The notes beneath the pieces were generated by a model that saw nothing but the letters and a program-made list of their open reading frames with translations, did not search any database and had not been told where the DNA came from. Shown here piece by piece: positions 59,480-64,000 of a stretch of 64,000 nucleotides of DNA. The stretch's first letter is position 1, and every line of letters begins with the position of its first letter. Origin of the DNA: Vulcanimicrobiota bacterium (GTDB taxonomy: Bacteria; Vulcanimicrobiota; Vulcanimicrobiia; Vulcanimicrobiales; Vulcanimicrobiaceae); contig CAVTWP010000009.1 of assembly GCA_963738465.1 (NCBI GenBank), positions 117,002 to 181,001 on the forward strand. The letters run 5' to 3'. The translations under genes were made by a program, and so were the position numbers.

Positions 59480-60822
59480 GCGCCGTCACTCTCCGTAGGG
59501 CCTTGCAGTCCGGCGGCCCGCAGCGCTTCGCGCTGGCCGCGCTCGGTGTACAGCCGCAGCTCGGCGATGTCGCGCGGGAACAGCAGCCCGAGCGTCCAGT
59601 CGAACGCGACGCGGACCTGGCGATCGAGGCCGGGGAGTCGCGCCAAGTAGTACGAGCGCCACAAGAACCAGGCCAAGAAGCCGGTCAGCACGATTCCGCC
59701 CGGCAGCGCGGCGACGCCTCGGCGCCCGCCCAGCGACGCCATCGTGCCGAGCGACGCGTACGCGAACGGCTTGGTCGGCAGACGGCGCAGCGTCGCGACG
59801 ATGTTGTCGGCCAGCGCCGGGCCCTCGCGAATCGCATGCTGCGCGGTCGGCGGATACCAGGCCGCCTTGTCGTTCTGATCGGCGTTCGGTTCGGTTGGGA
59901 TCCACGCGCAGTCGCCCAGCGCCCAGACGTTCTCACAGCCGATCAGCGACATGTCGCGGTTCACCAGCAGCCCGCCGTTGCGCGCGTGCGCGCAGCCGGG
60001 CAGCGACGCCAAGATCGGCGACGGCCGGACGCCGGCGCTCCACACCACCGTTCCGGCGCCGACGACCGTCCCAGACGCAAGTGTGATCCCGCCTTCGTCG
60101 ATCCGGGCAACACCGTCGCCGAGCACGAGCTCGACGCGGCGGCGCCCGAGGTGGCGCGCCGTGTAGCGGCCCATCGCCGGCGGCAGGTCGGGCAGCAGCG
60201 CCTTGCCGGCTTCGATCAGCACCATGCCCACGTCGGCGAGCCGCAGCGGCCGGTAGAACGGCAAGATCGAACGAAAGAAATCGACCAGTTCGCCCGCGCA
60301 CTCGCAGCCCGTGTAGCCGCCGCCGACGACCGCGAACGTCAGCAGCCGGTCGCGCGCCGGACCGGCCGGCGTGACGACGGCCTGTTCGAGCGCCGCGACC
60401 ACCCGGTTGCGCAGCGTCTCCGCATCCTCGAGCGTCTTGAGCGCGAGCGTGTGCTCCGCGACACCCGGGATGCCGAACGTCGACGTGACGCTGCCCAGCG
60501 CGAGGATGAGGTGATCGTAGTCGAGCCGCGTGATCACCCCGGTGAGCGGGTGCTGCGCTTGGACGCAGCGCGCAGCGAGATCGGGCTGCGCGATCTCGCC
60601 CAGCACAAAGGTCGTGCGCCGCAGCTGCGCGCGCACCGGCGTCGCGACGTGCCGCGGCTCGAGGCCGCCCGAGCTGACCTCCGGCAGCATCGGGGTGAAC
60701 AGCGTGAAGTTGTCGCGGCTAACGATCGCGATCTCCGCTTCACCCCGGCGCAGCCTGCGCTCAAGCCGCCGCGCGACGGCAACGCCGGCGAAGCCGCCGC
60801 CCAAGATCACGATCCGTTTCAT
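59476..60822 (-). CDS. ndh: Type II NADH dehydrogenase
   Basis: GGGFAG, FTPMLPEV, GGGYTG.E.AGE, ALGDCA, PPTAQHA. Confidence 0.9.
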   Translation of the reverse strand: MKRIVILGGGFAGVAVARRLERRLRRGEAEIAIVSRDNFTLFTPMLPEVSSGGLEPRHVATPVRAQLRRTTFVLGEIAQPDLAARCVQAQHPLTGVITRLDYDHLILALGSVTSTFGIPGVAEHTLALKTLEDAETLRNRVVAALEQAVVTPAGPARDRLLTFAVVGGGYTGCECAGELVDFFRSILPFYRPLRLADVGMVLIEAGKALLPDLPPAMGRYTARHLGRRRVELVLGDGVARIDEGGITLASGTVVGAGTVVWSAGVRPSPILASLPGCAHARNGGLLVNRDMSLIGCENVWALGDCAWIPTEPNADQNDKAAWYPPTAQHAIREGPALADNIVATLRRLPTKPFAYASLGTMASLGGRRGVAALPGGIVLTGFLAWFLWRSYYLARLPGLDRQVRVAFDWTLGLLFPRDIAELRLYTERGQREALRAAGLQGPTESDGA

Positions 60823-60885
60823 CGTCTTACTCCCGTCCACCGATGGACCCCGGGATGCCGCGTCGTCGCCGCGGCGAGCGCGTTC

Positions 60886-61857
60886 TCACCCACGTGCCGC
60901 CTCGCGAATCCGGTCGGCTTGCGCCATGATCTCGACGGCGCGCGCGGCATAGCGCGGTGCGGCGCCGACGTCGCCCGGGACGCGCTCGCCGTGCCGGCTC
61001 GCCACGTACCAGGCCAGCGTCGCGGCACGGCGCACCATCGCTTCGGGCAGCAGATCGCGTTCGGCCGGCGCGAGCGGCGCTGCGTCGGCATAGGAGGCCA
61101 CGATCGGACCGATCAGCGCGACGTCGAGCGGCGCGTCGTCGGCGGCGCGCGCGAACTCGTCGAGCAAGGTTCCCACGTCGTACACGCGCTCGGTCTCGTG
61201 CGCGAAGTCGAAGTCGATCAGACCGCGCGCGACAGCTCCGGCGAACACGACGTTGCCGGGATTGGGGTCGCCGTGCACGACCACCTGCGGCAGCTGGGCT
61301 GCGCGCGGCGCGATGCGTGCCGCCGCGGCGGTGGTCGCCACCACGAGCGCGTCCCAATCGGCCTTGCGCGCGGTTCCGGCGTCGGCGGCGAAGCGCGTGA
61401 AGCGCTCGCGCAGCAGCGACAAGGCACCCAAGAAGCGCGTGCTGCGCATCCCGCCGGCGACGTGAAAATCGCGCATCGCGCGGTGAAAGCGCGCCAGCAG
61501 CACGGCTGCGGCGCCGGCGCTCGCGAGGTCGCGCCGGCCGGTCTCGCCGTCGATGTACGGCAGCACCGCGGCCAGCCCGCCGGCGGGCGCCGGGACGATC
61601 GAACGTCCCGTGCCGTCGCGCAGCGGAGCAACGACCTCGCGCATCCGCGCGGCGGCATGCGCAGTGACGGCGTGCTCGAACGCGATCGCCGCGCGCGACA
61701 CGTGCAGGCTGCCGTAACGGCGGACGACGAACCGGCCGGCGCGCGCGTCGATGCGCAGCGTCTCGTTCGAATAGCCGCCCGGCAGCGGGGTCGCGACGGC
61801 GCCGCGCGGGTCGATTCCGAACGCCGTCGCGACGGCGAGCGCATCGGCCGCGGTCAG
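60886..61857 (-). CDS. APH/type II homoserine kinase-like phosphotransferase (start uncertain)
   Basis: GG.SN, HGDPNPGN and LIDFD motifs. Confidence 0.85.
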   Translation of the reverse strand: MTAADALAVATAFGIDPRGAVATPLPGGYSNETLRIDARAGRFVVRRYGSLHVSRAAIAFEHAVTAHAAARMREVVAPLRDGTGRSIVPAPAGGLAAVLPYIDGETGRRDLASAGAAAVLLARFHRAMRDFHVAGGMRSTRFLGALSLLRERFTRFAADAGTARKADWDALVVATTAAAARIAPRAAQLPQVVVHGDPNPGNVVFAGAVARGLIDFDFAHETERVYDVGTLLDEFARAADDAPLDVALIGPIVASYADAAPLAPAERDLLPEAMVRRAATLAWYVASRHGERVPGDVGAAPRYAARAVEIMAQADRIREAARG

Positions 61858-61970
61858 CGCACGGCCGCGATCAGCACGACGCAGTGCAACGAGATCGAGC
61901 GCAAGTCTCCTTCGGGGAAATCCGGGCGCCATTCGCGGAGCGGGACGGGCGGAGCGAGAACTACCGGCTG

Positions 61971-62813
61971 ATGCACGACGACGACGAGCGGCTGCAACAG
62001 CCGCGCCAGCCGCGAGGCGGCCGCAGAGCCACGGCCGGAGGGATCCTGGTCACGCTCGGCGCTTTGGCCTTGAAGTTCAAGGCCGCGCTGCTCGCGCTGA
62101 CCTCGCTCAAGTGGCTGGTGTTCGCGCCCAAGCTCGCGCTCAGCTTCGGGACGATGTTCATCTCCATCTTCTTCTACGCGCTGTTCTTCGGCTGGAAGTT
62201 CGGGATCGTCCTCGTCGCGCTGCTGGCCGTGCACGAGCTCGGCCACTACCTGACCTTTCGCAACCTCGGCATCCCGGCGTCGCTGCCGACGTTCGTGCCG
62301 GGGCTCGGCGCGTTCGTGAGCTCGCCGATGTCGGCCGACCCGGCGAACAACGCGTTCGCCGCGATCATGGGACCGGTCTTCGGGATCGCGGCGTCGGCGG
62401 TCTGCTGGGGCTTCGGGTTGAGCACCGGCGACAACTTCTGGATCGCGGCGGCCTACTTCGGATTCTTCATCAACCTGTTCAACCTGATTCCGGCGATCCC
62501 GCTGGACGGCGGGCGCGTCGCGGGCGCGATCGACGGCCGGGTCTGGCTGGTCGGCGCGCTCTTGCTGGTCGTCGCGCTGGTCTACCTGCGACAGTTCACC
62601 ATCTTCACGGTAGTGATCGTGCTGTTCGTGCTGATGTCGTCGGTACCGCGCGGGATCGCGGCGTTTCGCGGCGTGGTCGACCCGACGATGCAGATCGTCT
62701 CGGGCCAGCAGCGGCTCGTCCTCGCCCTCGCGTACTTCGCGCTGCTGGGGATCGCCGGCTTCGGCGCCGCCGCGACGAATCTCAACCCGTATCACCTCAC
62801 CCATCACGCGTGA
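61971..62813 (+). CDS. Site-2 protease (M50) family metalloprotease
   Basis: HELGH, GP, NLIPAIPLDGGR. Confidence 0.92.
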   Translation: MHDDDERLQQPRQPRGGRRATAGGILVTLGALALKFKAALLALTSLKWLVFAPKLALSFGTMFISIFFYALFFGWKFGIVLVALLAVHELGHYLTFRNLGIPASLPTFVPGLGAFVSSPMSADPANNAFAAIMGPVFGIAASAVCWGFGLSTGDNFWIAAAYFGFFINLFNLIPAIPLDGGRVAGAIDGRVWLVGALLLVVALVYLRQFTIFTVVIVLFVLMSSVPRGIAAFRGVVDPTMQIVSGQQRLVLALAYFALLGIAGFGAAATNLNPYHLTHHA

Positions 62814-62837
62814 ACGGCGCCGACGCGCTCGGAGACG

Positions 62838-64000
62838 CTGCTGCGCCGTAACGTCGCGCTGGCCGGCGTGCTGCTGGCGGCCGTGCTCGCCTACGCGGTC
62901 CTGCGACCGCCGCCGACGCAGGGGCCGTTCGGCCGCGATTTCGAGGCTTACTACGCGGCGGGCGCCGTCTGGAACGCCGGCGGCGACCCCTGGTCGCGTG
63001 CGGTCTGGGACGTCGAACGGCGGATCGACGGCGTCGGTGCGGCGCGGGACGAGCTGCTGCCGTACGTCGGTCCGGCTGCGGCGCTGCCGGTCTTCGGCGC
63101 GCTCGCGCGATTGCCGCATCCGGTCGCGTTGCGCGTTTGGAGCGCGATTCTCGCGGCGGCGTTCGGCGCGCTCTTGCTGGCGGCGCTCGCGCTGGCCGGC
63201 GAGCGGCGCGTCACCGCCTTGGTCGCCGCGGCGGCGTTCGGGATCGCGAGCGGGCCTGGTACGAGCGCGCTCGCGCTCGGCCAAGTCGCGCTCGTCGCCG
63301 CGGCCGGCGTCGCGTGCGCGCTCCTCGCCTACGAGCGCCGGAACGTCGTCGGCGGCGCGCTCGCGACGCTGCTCGCCGCGGCGCAGCCCAATCTCGCCTT
63401 CGTGCTGATCGCGCGCGTGCGCGACCGGACGGCGCTCGTCTGTGCGGCGATCGCTAGCGCCGCGTTTGCGCTGCTGACGCTGTGGGCAGGCGGCGGCGTT
63501 CCCGGCGCGTTCGCGTACGCCGCGCGGCTCACCGAACACGCTCGCGCCGAGCGCTTCGACGCGATCCAGTATACGCCGGCCGCGATCGCCGCGGCGTTCG
63601 GCGCGACGCCTGCGGTCGCGTCGGCGACCGGGCTGGTGTGTGCGGTGGCCGCGATCGCCGCGGCGGTGGTCGTCATCGTCCGACTGCGTCTCTTGCCGCT
63701 GGCCGGTACGCTGTTCGCGATCGCGCTGTTCCCGCTGGCGGTCCCGTTCTTTCACGAGCACGACTTCGTGCTCGAGCTGATCCCGGCGTATCTGTTCGCG
63801 CTGCGCGCGCAGGGCGTCGCGCGCGTGGCGAGCGGCGTCGCGGTCGCGATGATCCTCGTCGACTGGTTCGGCCTCGCGCAGCGCCCCGCGGCGGCGGGGC
63901 AGATCGTCGCGCTCGGCGCGGTCACCGCCTGCGCGTTCGTCGTGATGGGACGCGGCGACCGCGGGACGCGCGCCGACCTCGCGCCGTTCGCCGCGCTCGC
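62838..64000 (+). CDS. GT87-like (DUF2029) polytopic membrane glycosyltransferase, runs off the window end
   Basis: Open frame absent from the ORF track: RDFEAYYAAG, LPYVGP, LGQ, PFFHEHD; many TM segments; GGAG precedes CTG. Confidence 0.7.
   Translation, partial: MLRRNVALAGVLLAAVLAYAVLRPPPTQGPFGRDFEAYYAAGAVWNAGGDPWSRAVWDVERRIDGVGAARDELLPYVGPAAALPVFGALARLPHPVALRVWSAILAAAFGALLLAALALAGERRVTALVAAAAFGIASGPGTSALALGQVALVAAAGVACALLAYERRNVVGGALATLLAAAQPNLAFVLIARVRDRTALVCAAIASAAFALLTLWAGGGVPGAFAYAARLTEHARAERFDAIQYTPAAIAAAFGATPAVASATGLVCAVAAIAAAVVVIVRLRLLPLAGTLFAIALFPLAVPFFHEHDFVLELIPAYLFALRAQGVARVASGVAVAMILVDWFGLAQRPAAAGQIVALGAVTACAFVVMGRGDRGTRADLAPFAAL

Noticed and set aside
39248-62813. TGA recoding: three downstream ORFs are in frame across a TGA (efp-tauE, antitoxin-toxin, M50-GT87)
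   Set aside because: TGA ends many conserved genes here at their normal C-termini, and no SECIS-like hairpin was seen; alternative starts or indels explain the cases

Overview
Very GC-rich bacterial chromosomal window made up mostly of core and metabolic genes. It holds etfA (partial), an MFS pump, tmRNA, pyrD, uvrC, tRNA-Pro(CGG), two TrkA genes, a sugar-acid dehydratase/SDR pair, the mutS-mscS-uma2-mutL-miaA-hfq-dapF-radical SAM run, hpnK-hpnI, a GGDEF-EAL protein, miaB, der-plsY-efp, pheA, a partial phenylacetate cluster (paaN, paaI), a DUF1778/GNAT toxin-antitoxin pair, a TetR, an E1-alpha, NDH-2 and an M50 protease. The Gram-positive-type LexA box together with hopanoid genes, hfq and the high GC suggests Eremiobacterota/Vulcanimicrobiota (inference only). 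I saw no CRISPR array, integrase or transposase. Several single-base indels (uvrC, radical SAM, GNAT toxin, the gene at 48103) look like long-read errors. The best candidate for an undescribed system is a shared palindromic operator (CCGACC-NN-TTGGTAGGG) that links a PaaR-like TetR, an orphan 2-oxoacid dehydrogenase E1-alpha and an uncharacterised R2-like di-iron protein (Asp first ligand, Cys at the radical-Tyr position) next to paaN-paaI. Other items of note: a GDPH autocleavage-motif protein, a LexA-boxed orphan ORF, a tmRNA with a non-canonical T-loop, recurrent CTG starts, and a leader mini-ORF that duplicates the miaB N-terminus. All calls come from reading the sequence by eye; no searches were run.
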